Assembly: GCA_903813345.2 (NCBI GenBank)
Contig: CAIIXF020000001.1
Location: 28,210,001 to 28,274,000 of the forward strand
DNA from: Owenia fusiformis
Taxonomy: Eukaryota
DNA: 64,000 bases
Direction of reading: 5' to 3'
Part shown: piece after piece, positions 36,162 to 49,620 of the stretch
How the letters are laid out: each line of letters starts with the position of its first letter
Numbering within the stretch: position 1 is the first letter of the stretch
Made by a program: the position numbers and the translations under genes
The notes under the pieces: generated by a model
What the model was told of the DNA's origin: nothing
What the model saw: the letters and a program-made list of their open reading frames with translations, nothing else
The model's database searches: none

Positions 36162-39100
36162 GGCAGCGAAGTGTATAGGTAAACAATAATCTCGAGACTG
36201 CTCTTTCTCCATGTGAGCCCAGTACCCATGGTACTCAATTGAATGATAGGTGAGATTTATGATGAAATAATCAGCTATTGGGTGTGTCAGTTTTGTGATT
36301 AAGTAATTAGTCGCTGTTTGATTGTTTGATTGATTGATTGATTTCTCAGTTGTTTAGTGGTATGGATAGTCAATATTGACAAGAAAGGGGATTTAATATA
36401 TTTGACATTTTTCATATTAGATGATAATAATATTTCATTTTATATATGACTTTTTAAGCTTTAGTTTCCCCAGAGGGCACTCAAAGTACATGTGCAAGCT
36501 ATTGGTTCTCTATTGTATTGCAGTGTTTATTCTTTATGGTCTTTTTAAAACAAGAATGTTGAAAATAATTGATTTTTTTATAAAGTAACAATAGCTGACA
36601 GATGAACAAAGCTAGGAACACAAGTTAATGTTTTGCTTGATGTTTTTCATAAATGCTCTTACTTTGTTGCATAATATGTATGTCTACCATCATGTGTGCA
36701 AGAAGTATTAAACTTGCCAAATATAGTCTGAGACATAACCAAATGAAAACATGACCAATTATGAAAGGAGATCTTGGTCAAAGTTGAGGCATTTCAGTGA
36801 ATGACCATATATGGAATGGATATGAGAGAAGAGTCAGAGTGGGAAGGTGGGTGAAGCGTGTGAGAGTCAGTCCATATGAAGAGTTCGATATGGCCTAGGG
36901 TGTGTCACTCTCCCCTTTGGTGGGCCCAAAAATATTTTAGGGCCCAAATCTGCTTCTCCCCACATAAAAGCAATTCAGGTAACTCTGAGCCCCCCCCCTC
37001 TTGATTTTCAGATTTCCTTCTGTCTTGTTTATGCTCTGTGTGAGTTTGGGTATAGGGTTATAACAATCTGTAATATTTGGGATGTGGTATATATTTTATG
37101 TGATTTGATGGGGGGAGGTATAACAGTGTGAGTAGGGGTGGGGATATAAGATCAGTCTCTGCTTAATCTCTCTGAGGATATTGTCTTATAGGATTTAATC
37201 CATGACTAGAACTTTAACAAAACAAGATTGATGAATATTCATATTTTAATATCATTAAGTAACAATTACACGGCTGATTGCAATTGTAAAATCTCATTAA
37301 CCATGCAAAGTCTATCGATAAATAGCCAGGAATTTAGCGATTGTGGAATTTAGATATTGCGAAAGTCATATCTAAAGGCACGTCATTAATATAAATTCCA
37401 CTTATCACAAATTTCAAAATTTTCCCGATAGCATAATTACGTCCCTGTTCTGTATCAGCATTAGAATGAATCCTATTAAATCTGAGGTTGTCACATCCAA
37501 TTTTGATTTCAAGCCATATTAATGGAGAATCTTGAAAATATGCGAGAATACCATCGATAATTAGGCGTAGCAACTATACAGTTAGATATCACCTTGACAA
37601 TTAATTCTTTCTATATAATTTCAACTGAATTGGCATCAATATTTTATGAATAGAACACCCTACATATACGTTCTGTTTTAATACATTGTCCCATTAGAAA
37701 ATGAAAAAATAATGTATTGTTTTTCGATTTGGATTGAATGAAATAAGTGGTGTATGGGGGATTGAAAGCATTGATCCGCACTTAACCTGTATGTTGAACC
37801 AATATCAAATGCTCTCTCATTTTTGATGCAGGTTTAAATTTATTTGATTGGAAACATGACACTTTATCAGTGTCAGAATCACAGTTATAATCTTTTTTGT
37901 TTTTCTCACTGGTACTGTTAATGAGCTTATATTGAGCTTGTTCAATAAAGTTCTTCATTTTTGAAATCATAGAGTCAGGTAATAAAATCAGAATATCTTC
38001 AGCTTTCAAAAGAAGCCGTCAATGTTTAAAATAATTTCTAATATGGTGCTTCCCTTCGTTATGTTATATGATGGATAATGTTGTTTTTACAGTGCCTACT
38101 AATTTCAAAGGTCGGTCTTAGAATGTGACGTCTTGTCATGGCTATAAATTCGCCACTTGAGCTAACTTGTATATCATATTAAAGAACTGCAGGCTGAGCA
38201 AAATTCTCGCTATATTCTAATATGGCTTGCTTAGCATTAATTTAACGAAAGGTCAGTGTGAAAAACATGGCAGAATTTTATTGAAGTTGCAGTAAATTGC
38301 ATTACTGGGTGAATTCTGGCTTGCTATTGACTTGTATTAAACCAGTAGCCAATACCCTCTCCCTTGAGGCTTTGCTCATAATGTGTAGCTTTAAATTTTT
38401 GATAAGTCTATAATATTACTCGCTTGTGATGAATACCATTAAATTTCAGCTATTGATTTCTGCTTCGTTTGATTATGTAACCAGTTCTCTCTTATGACAT
38501 ACTAATTTCTTTAATCATATATTGTGTATGGGAGATAATTATATTTATAATGAATCTGGGGTTCGTGTATTAGAAATCTTAATACATACAAGGCAATTTT
38601 CGGAATAGATATCTGAATTGAATATTCACAGTATGTTATGATGTGGTCATTAAAAGTTCTGTATATGATAGGTAATGACTTATTAACATGTCAGTGCTAT
38701 TATTTTAATCCCACAATTCAACAATAGAGTCTGAGATATTACAATTAGGTCTACGACAGAAGGCAACAAAACATGCACAGTTTGTATAAGAAACTTAAAC
38801 TTATTGATTTTTCGTGTTTTATCTGTTTTTTATCGTTTATTCTATAGCTTCATTGTGTGTACATATAGCAACATTATTAATGTGAGTATTAAAAGGCAAG
38901 AAGCAGAATTGCATGGGAAAGGAATTTTTGCCCTAAAATGTTCTCTGCAGATGCGCGTGACCCAATTTTCAATAGTTTACCCCCCCCCCCTCCTGTCAGT
39001 TTCCATGTCTGCCACACGGATCCATTTTTAGTAAAATCGTAAGTTACGATTCTTCGAAAACCATTGTCTTCTTTTATATGAACAATGACTTGCGACCAAG

Positions 39101-42100
39101 TCATAAGTTGCGACGGTTCCAGAAACAGACCCTTGTGTAATAAGAATAAGTACAATTAAATATCATTCTGAAGCAATCATATTTTTGGCATTCTAGTAGA
39201 ATATCTTTTGGACCTAGTTGTACTTAAAGTCAGGAGACGAGCCTAATTGTAGGTTCAATTTTAATCATGATTACTTACTCTACTTGCCATACTTAAAAGA
39301 TATAAAAAAAGATAATTATCTCGCTTTGAGCATAAGGTTTGTCCTCGTCTATTCCATATTTCAAAACTTGGGGATGTTACTATCATTGATCCAAATTATT
39401 CATGACAACTAACCCTGTGTCCTTTATCCATGTTTCATTCATTATAACAAGAAAGTAAATATGACAGTTGAAAATAAACAATTCATCAACCAGCAAATAC
39501 GGATAAATTTTTCATAAATTCAAAGCTGACGTCACTAAAAACCTTCATTTGTTATTTGTTAAACATACAGTAGCTTATTACTTGGAAAGCCTCATGCTAT
39601 TAGATTTTCACGATTCACATTTGTATTCTATCTTCATTCGTTTTGTTTTTAATCCAAATTAATGAGCTATGCCAGAGTCCTGATTAAGGTTCCATACATA
39701 ATGTGGATATTAAAACCTGGAACAGAGGCAACCTCATGCAGTCATTTAACTCCTGTAGGCTTATTGCCATAACACAGGGGAATAAATATATTTTTGAAAT
39801 TTCATTTGTCTTATACTGTCTACTGAGTACACATATTAACCCCCTTTGACTATCAATTGAAATATTGATAAAAGTACATTGTTGAGGAAAGAGAGTAGTG
39901 GCACGGCGTAAACTAATGCTTCAGAATGATTTTAGTGGTCAACCTGAGTTAGTGGTCCGTGGAGAGATACGATAGGTTAAAAAAGAAAGATATCAAGTGA
40001 AAATGTTGATGAGCCTGCTAGAGGAGAGAAAAGGGAAAGGTTATTTTGTATTTTTTAATCGCTGACTTTGAGTCCTTGCTTGAAACTGAAACAATCAAGT
40101 GGTACTGTGTTTCATTATATAGCCAGATGAATTTGTGAGAATCTTGAGTTTTGACTTAAGGGCACAAAGGCGGACTAATGTAATAGTATAACGGCCTCTG
40201 TATCTCCTCAACTCACATTTTAAATCTATATTTTTCTGCTGTAGGCTTTCTGGAGAGCTCCTATCAATATCATTAATTTTGCGCTGATAGCAAGTTTTTG
40301 CAATTTAATTTCCCTGTAAACAGACGGAGGCATGATTTCTTTCTAGTTGTTTAACCGGCAAATACATTTTACACAGCATTGAATAATTTATAGGAAAGTT
40401 TCATTTCATCTCAATCATAATGTAAAATTTATGAAAAAATAATAAGGCCTTGTAAAGCTAAGTCCGTAATGAATTAATGCTAGAAAAATTGAAAGGATCT
40501 TCGTGTATGCGATTTAAACATTAGAATTGATCGCTCTAACGAGTGAGTCATTGATGGCTCTAAAACTCAGTTAGAATTTTGAATGGAAAAGTCACTTTGT
40601 GAAATATGTCTACCGTGTAATTATCGAGTTATTTATTTTTGCTCTTCAAGAGATTCAACTTGTCTGTTGACGCAGATCAAAAAACATGTTTGTGAGAAAC
40701 TAATTGAAATGGTTACTATTATTATATGACGTATATATAGCCTATTTTTTATACAATTCCTTTTTAAATGTCCTTTGGCTAAGTATCCATCCCCTCCCGT
40801 TTACACCTGCGTTTCAATAATTAACACGAACATAGTTTCAATCAGGTAGTATTAAATAGAATCTCTCCGAGTTTGAGTTGAAGATGTATTTGATACTGAT
40901 TTAGCTTATTAAGCGTGTTCTTTATTACAAGTGATATGTACGATGGAGGACTTACGGGGTGTATTCCAATCTACAAGTAATTGCAGCCTGGCATATTACA
41001 AGATGAAATTAAAATGCTAAAAGGGGTAATGCCTATTCATTGATCATTAGAAGAATTACACTGTATTGACAAAATGAAAAATAATATGCAGAATCTGAGT
41101 TGCCATGGTAACTGTTATCTGTATATTTATTGGATAGCTATACACCTGATGATGCTAGGGGTAAATTAGTTGGCCGATGATTTGATTTAACCTCAATTAC
41201 TCAAACTCAAAATGTTTCCGAGATGAAGGAAGATGAAAAACTTGTACTGTAATATTCGTACGTGTATGCGAGTCAATTCGAATGACACTTTTCACCATGG
41301 TAATATGGTATAATTTTGAAATGTGTCTGATTGACGTCTTTGTCCTCATCTTCACAGTATGCACCAAGGTATCTGTCAGTTTTATGGGCCATCTGAAATG
41401 AATTCTGTTAAAGGTGAGGTTCTTATATTTGAAATCACAATTATGTTTCTGACTCGTAGCTACCAGATATTTAATCACTATATCAGTGTCCTTTCTAACC
41501 TATAGAGGGCACTGTGCTTATATTAAGTTAATCTTATAGGGCCCTTGCACCAATTTAAAAATGTGGAATATAATGAAAAACTTGCTTAATATCACTAGTA
41601 TCTGATTAATACTTTTTTATTATCATAATTGGTGGTGACACTTGAGCATATCAATCTGAAAGCTGAGATTTTAAGAAATTATCCTCAGAGGTATTTGAAA
41701 TACATGTGCTTGCTTGAGAAGTCTTATTGCTTTAGAATGTTCAGAAATTGGAATATCATGAGCAAAGATTTTATTGAAAATCAATGTACCTAAAATGAAG
41801 TACACATCATGTTTTTTTATAGATTGAAAACAAGAGAACAAGAGTTCAACTGATCACATCAGGGTTAACCATGTAATAGTATTTTTTAATAGTCAATAAA
41901 AGAGAAATATACAAACAGGAGACGAAATTGAAATTTTTTTTATATATAATTATGTCACAATAACCGAGAAGTGGTAACATATTGTTGTAGCTACATGTAC
42001 TTGTTTGGAATTGATGGTTGCCATTTGTCATCTGTAACATATTGTGACAGTTTTGTAACCATTGGCAATAACTTACCATGTGGGGTACATGTTGTCTTGA

Positions 42101-42734
42101 TATTGCACGACTGTGTTTTCTTGCTGTTAGCAGTTGTTGCTGATGGCCAGAGAAATCTTTTTCCGATGTTTCAAATTTTTAAAAGCGATAGAAATACAAA
42201 TAGAGGAGTTTTGAACTATTGTTGACATGTTTAAAGTACACATCCAATAGGTAGATATTTTTGTCTGTCACAACGCCATTTCTTGTATGAGTAATAAGAT
42301 CTTGAAAGTGGTCAATTTTTATGTTGCCACCATAAGTGGCTCCAATTTTTGCGGTGGTAGTTGGTCAGTTCGTGTCTGTAACAAATAGTAGGTGGTGACA
42401 TTCTACGTGTTAATGCCTTGTTGATAATAGCTTGTATCATTGCATTTTAATAACTTAAAATATGTTATTCCCATACTTTGACTAACCTTTCTGTTTACTC
42501 TGCCATATACACTGGTAGACCTTGGGAATGGTCATCACTTACCATTTGAGGCGTAACACCTGTGGCCCACTTACAGAAAGGTATTAACTTACTCTTTCTA
42601 GCTGTTGAAAAATATAATTATTTAGATAGTTGTTCATATAATGTATGTATCTTCTTTGGTATTTCTAATACATGTAATTAGTTTAGAGTATAAAAAACTA
42701 ATGATGTTTTAGCAGCATAACACTCTACATGCTA

Positions 42735-42915
42735 CAGGGTGTTCAAAAATGCAACTGAAAATCTTGGAAAATATTAAACCATCGCTCTCAAGGCATTGTG
42801 TTTTTCAACTAATTAATTACAAGAGCTAAACATTTTGGGTCTCTTCTTTCTTTTCAGAAAAAAATGAACACAATTGGTTGAGTATCTTCCAAGATACCAA
42901 GTTTTTAACACCCTA
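42735..42915. mobile_element. Decayed Tc1/mariner-type MITE
   Basis: TA|CAGGGTGTTCAAAAAT ... GTTTTTAACACCCTA. Confidence 0.55.
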
Positions 42916-43027
42916 TTCTTGCACTACGAGTATTTTGTGTGGATACTAACATTTATAAGTTACATCCAATTCTGGAACATTTACTATCATATGTTCAGTT
43001 TGTTAAGAAAACTATATTCTGTGAGTA

Positions 43028-43110
43028 CAGTAAAACCGATATATTGAACACTGGACAGGTGTTCACTAGAGAGAGGTGTTCAATGCTGTTCATTAAGATA
43101 AGTTTTACTG
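43028..43110. mobile_element. Short TA-flanked CAGTAAAAC MITE
   Basis: TA|CAGTAAAACC ... GTTTTACTG|TA with internal GGTGTTCA repeats. Confidence 0.75.
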
Positions 43111-44000
43111 TATATTAATTTGAACAAAGTTCATTCACATTGTAAACTATGTTTGGCGTATGTTTTTATCTTACATGGTTATATTGACAAGAAACAAGTT
43201 TGACATGTATAATTTTAGTATTGATCTTTTTTATGAAACGAGTTGAGAGAAAAAGACGGAAAAAATACTGGTAACGAGATTGATAATCAATCCAGTAAAT
43301 ATTATCACTCAACAAATACACTGAAAAATTTTACATACTCGATAATCTACAAATACTAGTTTGAAATTTACCATTGATTTTATTGGGATTTTTACGCGAA
43401 ATATCAATATGTATACTTTGAAAAGGGTTTGGGTATTGTTAAGCTCTAGAAAAAGTTGAAGCCATTGATTTATGGATCTGGATGTTCAAACATTGTTCCA
43501 ATGAATAAAGAAAATTGGAAGTCCATTGCGAAGGACACAGCATTCCCAAAGAGTTCACCATTTTGTTTAAAATAATTGTTGAATTCGATGCATGATCTCA
43601 TTATGATATGTTATTTTTAGTTCTTAGCGATATCACCTCATTTTTTTCTTGTACCCTCTTGGTGTGCCTTTTTATCAAGGAATGTGAGAAACTTAGTGTT
43701 ATTTGAGTGGATACTTTTATATTTCAAACAGGTACACCTCTTTGTACTCAGATTAGTATTTACACTGTAATTAAGACTTATATTTAACACAACTAAACAT
43801 CAAAGTAGGTATAGTTTCATATGTGAGATATTAAATTTTAAACATATGTAAATAGGAACTGAATGTCTGCTAAAAAATATACCAACTTCAATGCATGAAA
43901 TAGATGACAATAAAAAAACTGTACATGCATATGAGAGTCACTCAAAATATTGTGAATGATGGAAATTAAGTATCTCATCAGAATAACGCAGATGCGAGTA

Positions 44001-44031
44001 GGCAGTTACCAATTTCACCACCAGATGGCTC
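44001..44031 (+). promoter_or_regulatory. CTCF-like motif with upstream module
   Basis: GGCAGTTACC-AATTT-CACCACCAGATGGCTC. Confidence 0.5.
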
Positions 44032-44191
44032 GTTTGGGTGAGATAGCATGACGGATATAGTAGAAAGTTCCCTTTAACTTAAATTACATCTGTTTTAGTG
44101 GTTCAATTTTCATATAACCTTTATGTAAATAATAGTTATGCAAATTAAAATATGTCCATTAAAAGAAAATGTTATCTGTACAATACAAGAT

Positions 44192-44416
44192 AAGATGTTT
44201 CACTTTTTGTGATTTTGTAACATGGGTTCTATTAGGATTCAACCCGAACTAGAAGTCACATTTTTAAAAAAAATTAAATTTTTCAAAGTTGATAAACAAT
44301 TTTTGAAACCATATTTCTAGATGTACTTTTACATGTAGATTTCAAATATTCAATTTTGAATATTTAATAACGTAAATCAGGATTATTTCTACTCGCATAT
44401 AGTCTATTATCTACTT
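44192..44416 (-). repeat. Dispersed repeat, inverted partner of 21503-21713
   Basis: Reverse-complement alignment by eye, with a small internal indel. Confidence 0.85.
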
Positions 44417-45573
44417 GAATCTGAATGTACTTCTTAGTTTTTAGAATTATATCATTAATATATACTTTCTCATATTTCTAGTTTATATTGTTATGTTCTT
44501 TATTCTGTAAGCTGATCCAATCCAATTTTACATGACTCTATTAGGCATATTGAATCTTATTTGAATAATAAGAACAAAAAATTCTTGTTTGAATTTCGAT
44601 ATGGTGATTGAATTTATGGAACTATTTGCATTTTTATGACAGTGTTCTTAACATGATTTTGTTCTTCTCATCTTTGGGTGAAAACGGATTTCAAATTGGT
44701 CAAACAGCTTACAATTTCTAGATCAGATATAGTGCATATTGTTCCAATTAATAGATGCAAATAGAAAAAACATATAAAAATGTCAGATGACATTGCATTA
44801 ATGGAATTGATTTATTTTGATGAAGTATAGTAGCAACCACCTGGGCCTTACAATTATCAAATCTAATATTTCAACAATGACAATTCAAAATGCACAAAGT
44901 TGCAATTTTCATGACACCACAAGAAGTGTTGACATATTGTTATGGTCTCCAACTTTTTGTGGATGGTGTTCGGCAGTCGGTGGTTTGTGTTTGGTGTTTG
45001 GCATCTGTAACAAATGGCAGGTGGTAACATTTTACATTTTAATGCCTTATATCAGTTAGGGAATGTATCAATGTGTCTTGATTTATGGGAAAAAACTACT
45101 ATGATTATGACTAGATTACACAATTACAAGCAATTTTATGGAGGCCCCAAGATTTTTTAACCTTATATTACTAAGATCACTTAGATCAAGAAAAGATGTA
45201 GTCTCAAATCCAAAGACAGGTATGAACTCTTGGCAACTTGTTAATGATTTTAAATGATTTTTATGTCACTACCATGTTGTTTTAGTCCCCAACTTTTTGG
45301 TGGATGGAGTTTGGTATTCAGTGGTCAGTGTTTGGCATCTGTAACAAATGGCAGGTTTTGACATTTTGCATGTTACTGTCTTTTTGTGCTGTTTGTCACC
45401 ACCACTGTAAGAGTTGGCATATTTTTGTAGCCACCATTTAGTGATTGACATTATGATGTTATAATACCATCTATTACAGACACTCCAGACTGAATGCTCT
45501 ACTTTTTAAGGAATTATTAAGAAAAATCAAAAAGTGTCTAATCTATTATGTATGTGTTAATGGGAGACCGGGT

Positions 45574-46085
45574 TCGCCTACTTGTCTCTTGTCAACACCA
45601 AAACAATGCCAAAGATAATATGTAACCAAGAGTAAAGAAGAAAATAACAACACCGGGAACAAAGAAGAAGAAACAATAAGAACTTGGACTAAATGAAGAT
45701 GACACAATCAGCCTGATAACATTAGAGTCACTTGTCAAGCTGGCTTCTATGATTCAAAATGAGTGTTTTTCACTGTCATTGCAGCATATGACAGAACAGT
45801 CTGGATGTTCTATTTTTATAAATGTCTGGGAGCTCTATTTTTAGAAATGTCTGGAAGCTCCATTTTTAGGACTGTCTGGGAGCTCCATTTTTAGAAATTC
45901 CAAAGAAAAATAACATAAAAAGCATACTTTTTTGCATATGTTATTTGAAATGTTAGTCTGAAATCGCCCACTTGTCTCCTTGTCAACACCAAAACAAGAC
46001 CAGGGAAATAACATAACAAAGAGTAAAGGAGACAAAGTAGAAGAAAATATAAGCAGTACAAGTATAAACAAGAAGAAACTAATAG
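45574..46085. repeat. Diverged local direct duplication (about 45574-45680 and 45964-46085) around a roughly 25-bp tandem repeat (45795-45898)
   Basis: TCGCCYACTTGTCTC(C)TTGTCAACACCAAAACAA occurs twice; TGTCTGGRAGCTCYATTTTTAG occurs 3-4 times. Confidence 0.75.
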
Positions 46086-46776
46086 AGAGGCATGAAAACA
46101 AGATGTCAATCCAGCCCCATATGCAGTTTTTGCCAAGAAATTCCAGGGATTCACATTTGACAACTTTGGCCCAAAATCACTTGAAAAGTGCTCAGAATCA
46201 TGAAATACTGCATGATTTTGAAATATTTTTTGGCCAGAGGGTTGTTTGTTTGTCCATTTTTCAATTTCAAAACAAATGAAAACTGCCATTTGTCTGACTT
46301 AATGCTCATATACATTTTATGGCAATCCATTAACGCCATTGGTCCTGCTATTTTTGCCTCATTTTAAAGATCATTTTAGCCAATATCTGTTTCCATGGTA
46401 ACAAATTATGGGACAAAATGCCTTATAACTTTTGTTATTTAGCCATAACTTTAGAAGTAATAAGTGATTACTCAGGATTAAGTGGTCGGATTGTCTTAAA
46501 ACCCATTTAGTAAACAGATATTGACATGCTGTGAAAGTGTTCAGATTTTAGAGAATAAATGTTTCTTTAAATATTTTTTGTGTTAATTGAGAAAACAAAT
46601 GATCTGGTTGACTACAGATACAGTAGATACCAATAAAAAAATTGTCAGAATTTAGACAATATACATATAACCATATACAGTATATGAGACTTAGGCTTGT
46701 ACCATTTTTGTAATATAATATGCGAAAGATACCTGTTCAAAATTAAAATACATGTAGTGATCCTGAAACTCATATA

Positions 46777-46955
46777 TAGGTGAAACCTTTGTATATTGAA
46801 CATTTACTTGCCAAGAAAAAATGTTCAGTGTTGGTAGGTGTTCACTACAGAGTGTGTAATTTATACAGAAGTCAGTAGAATATGTGCGAAAGAAGGATGT
46901 CTACTCGTGACAGATGTCTATTAGAGAGAGGTGTTCACTAAGACAGGTTTTACTG
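46777..46955. mobile_element. TA-flanked CAGTAAAACC-family MITE, left end decayed
   Basis: Right end GAGAGGTGTTCACTAAGACAGGTTTTACTG|TA; left end TAGGTGAAACCTTTGTATATTGAACA. Confidence 0.7.
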
Positions 46956-47834
46956 TAAAGAACATTTTGTGCAATTTCATGGGAATTTCTCTAATAACAT
47001 TTTAAGGGTATATATGGGGGTCCGACATATCCCCCTTCCTGTTGATTGCAGTTGTCTCTTATTATTTTTTGAAAAAGATTTTCATTCAGAATTTTTTGTT
47101 TTAATTTTCAAAGTAAGAAGATGCATACTAAATTATATTTCCCTGTCGATGTCATTTCTAAATGAATTATTTATAGTCATCCAGTATTTATACAATATTT
47201 GTTTGTCTTATTTTTATTCAGTATATATGAGACAACCAGACATTGACAATGAATTAGAAAATATATGACAATGAATGTCACACCCTTCTAACTATGTTCT
47301 AACATGTTAGTATAGATTATATTCAGTTTCATGAAAAAATGGTCCATTAAAATGTAGAAGTATTGTTTGTATTTCACTGACAATTTCAAGGTAATTATTG
47401 TATTTTTCCATTTAAATATAATAAGAGAATTTTACGATTAATTTATTGGGTTTTCATATTGAGTGAAACTTAACAGCTGCTTATGAGAGGTTATGCCTGG
47501 TATCAATTTTCTCACCTGTTATTCTTCTTAAATAGCATTGATTAAAGCTTCTTTAAGATCCTTATTGACCAGTCATTAGAAAACAAAGAAATTCTTTCAG
47601 AAATATGAGAAGTTATCCGATTGCCCCAGCTTGTGTTGAAAATGTCGAATTCTCAGCATGTGTTTTTTCTTGGAATATTTTTCACGACTTCTATGTTTTA
47701 GATATTTATTTTGATTCATATTGATTTTCATGAAATGGTTGTGGGATGCATCTTATATGAGTAACATCCTAATCTGTATTTTGACATAAACTTTGTTCTT
47801 GTATTTTTATAAAATAATTCTAAAATAGTTAATT

Positions 47835-48660
47835 ATGTCAACACCAAAAAGTGGTGACATATTGTTATGGTCTCCATTTTTTTTACGGCGGTTGGTGGTT
47901 GGCGGTTGGCGATCAGCGTCTGTAACAAATTCTTACAACTTCCAATTACTTAATAAATACTGTTTAGACTGACTTCAATTTTTTTCAAAATCATCTACAA
48001 GTTTTCAGGAAGTTCAAATCTGACTTCATATTCAAGCTTTGACCTTCAGTGACCTTTTCAAGTTCAAAAAAGGTCAAAAAGGTATTTTTTCAACTTGCTT
48101 CATATTGACCAATTTTTTTTTCAATATCTTCTACAAGATATCAGAAGTTCAAATCTGACTAATAGGATTTGAGATTTGACCTTCAATGACCTTCTCAAAG
48201 TCAAAAAAGGTCAAAAGGTCTTTTTTCAACTTGCTTCAAATTGACTAAATCATCTACAATTCAATTTCTCAGAAGTTCACATCTGGCTATAAATTTGACC
48301 TTCAATGACATTCTCAAGGTCCAAAAATATGTGACCTTCAATGAGCTTCTAAAGGTCAAAAAGGTATTTTTCATTTGGCTTCAAATTGACCAATTTTTTT
48401 AAAATCATCTCCAAGTTCTCAGAAGTTCACATCTGACTTTAAATTTGAGATTTCAACTTTAAAGACCTTCTCAGGGTAAAAAGGTCTTTTTCAACTAACT
48501 TCAAATTGACCAATATTGATAAATACTGGTATGCTTTATATCGACTCAACTTTTAAAACAAAATCATATACAAGTTGCCACAAGTTCATATTTGCAATTT
48601 GATCTCAGATCTGTCCCTTTGTCGCCTTTCAATTGCCTTTCAAATTTCAAAAATTGATTT
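47835..48660 (+). mobile_element. HINE 5' end followed by a decayed internal tandem array
   Basis: Short-family 5' end, then about five units of roughly 110-145 bp containing GAAGTTCAMATCTGACT...TTTGACCTTCAATGACCTTCTCAAGGTCAAAA. Confidence 0.75.
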
Positions 48661-48774
48661 AAATTATTTCACTTTTTTAGCTCACATGGGGGAGCCATTG
48701 TAATTGCCTACTTGTTTTGCTGTCTGTCTGTCCATGGGCTATCTATCTGTGTCTGTCTGCCTAGGCTTATTGAA

Positions 48775-49620
48775 ACTAGGTTTAGGGTTTGGATTAAAAA
48801 AGTATGGGTTGTGTTAAAGCTAGGGTCAGGGTTAGAGCTGAGATTAGGGTTAGAGCTAGGGTTAGAGCTGAGATTAGGATTAAAGCTAGGGTTAGAGCTG
48901 AGATTAGGGTTAGAGCTAGGGTTTGGATTAAAGCTATAGTGAGGAGCAAAGCTAGAGTTAAGGTTAGAGCTAGTGTTAGGGCTTAAGCAAGGGATTGGGG
49001 TTAGAGTTAAGATTAGGGTAAAGCTTGGGTAAATGTAAAGCTTAGGTTCGGGTTATAGCTAAGGTAAGATTAGGTTTAGAGCTGGGGTAAGGTTTAGAGC
49101 TGGGATTAGGTTTAGAGCTATGGTTAGGTTTAGAGCTATGGTTAGGTTTAGAGCTGAGGCTAGGTTTAGAGCTGGGGTTAGGTCTAGAACAAGGGGTTAG
49201 GTTTAAAGCTGGGGTTAAGTTTAAAACTGGGGTTAGGTTTAGAGCTGGGGTTAGGTTTAGAGCTGGGGTTAGGTTTAAAACTGGGGGTTAGGTTTAGAGC
49301 TGGGGTTAGGTTTAGAGCTGGGGTTAGGTTTAAAACTGGGGTTAGGTTTGGAGCTGGGATTAGGTTTAAAACTGGGGGTTAGGTTTAGAGCTGAGGTTAG
49401 GTTTAGAGCTGGGGTTAGGTTTAAAACTGGGGTTAGGTTTAGAGCTGGGGTTAGGTTTAGAACTGGGGTTAGGTTTAAAACTGGGGTTAGGTTTGGAGCT
49501 GGGGTTAGGTTTAAAACTGGGGGTTAGGTTTAAAGCTGGGGTTGGGTTTAAAGCTGGGGTTAGGTTTAGAGCAAGGGGTTAGGTTTAAAGCTTTGGTTAG
49601 GTTTAGATCAAGGGGTAGGA
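48775..49620 (+). repeat. Telomere-like (TTAGGG-related) G-rich tandem array
   Basis: 30-bp unit TTAGGGTTAGAGCTAGGGTTAGAGCTGAGA, then many 18-bp GGGGTTAGGTTTAGAGCT / GGGGTTAGGTTTAAAACT units, keeping a 6-bp base period. Confidence 0.88.

Noticed and set aside
45060..45130. TGACTAGA miR-279-like seed
   Set aside because: The rest of the sequence does not match and the flank gives no convincing hairpin.
48712..48986. ORFs with LELRLG / RVRAEI repeats
   Set aside because: Translations of the telomere-like repeat.
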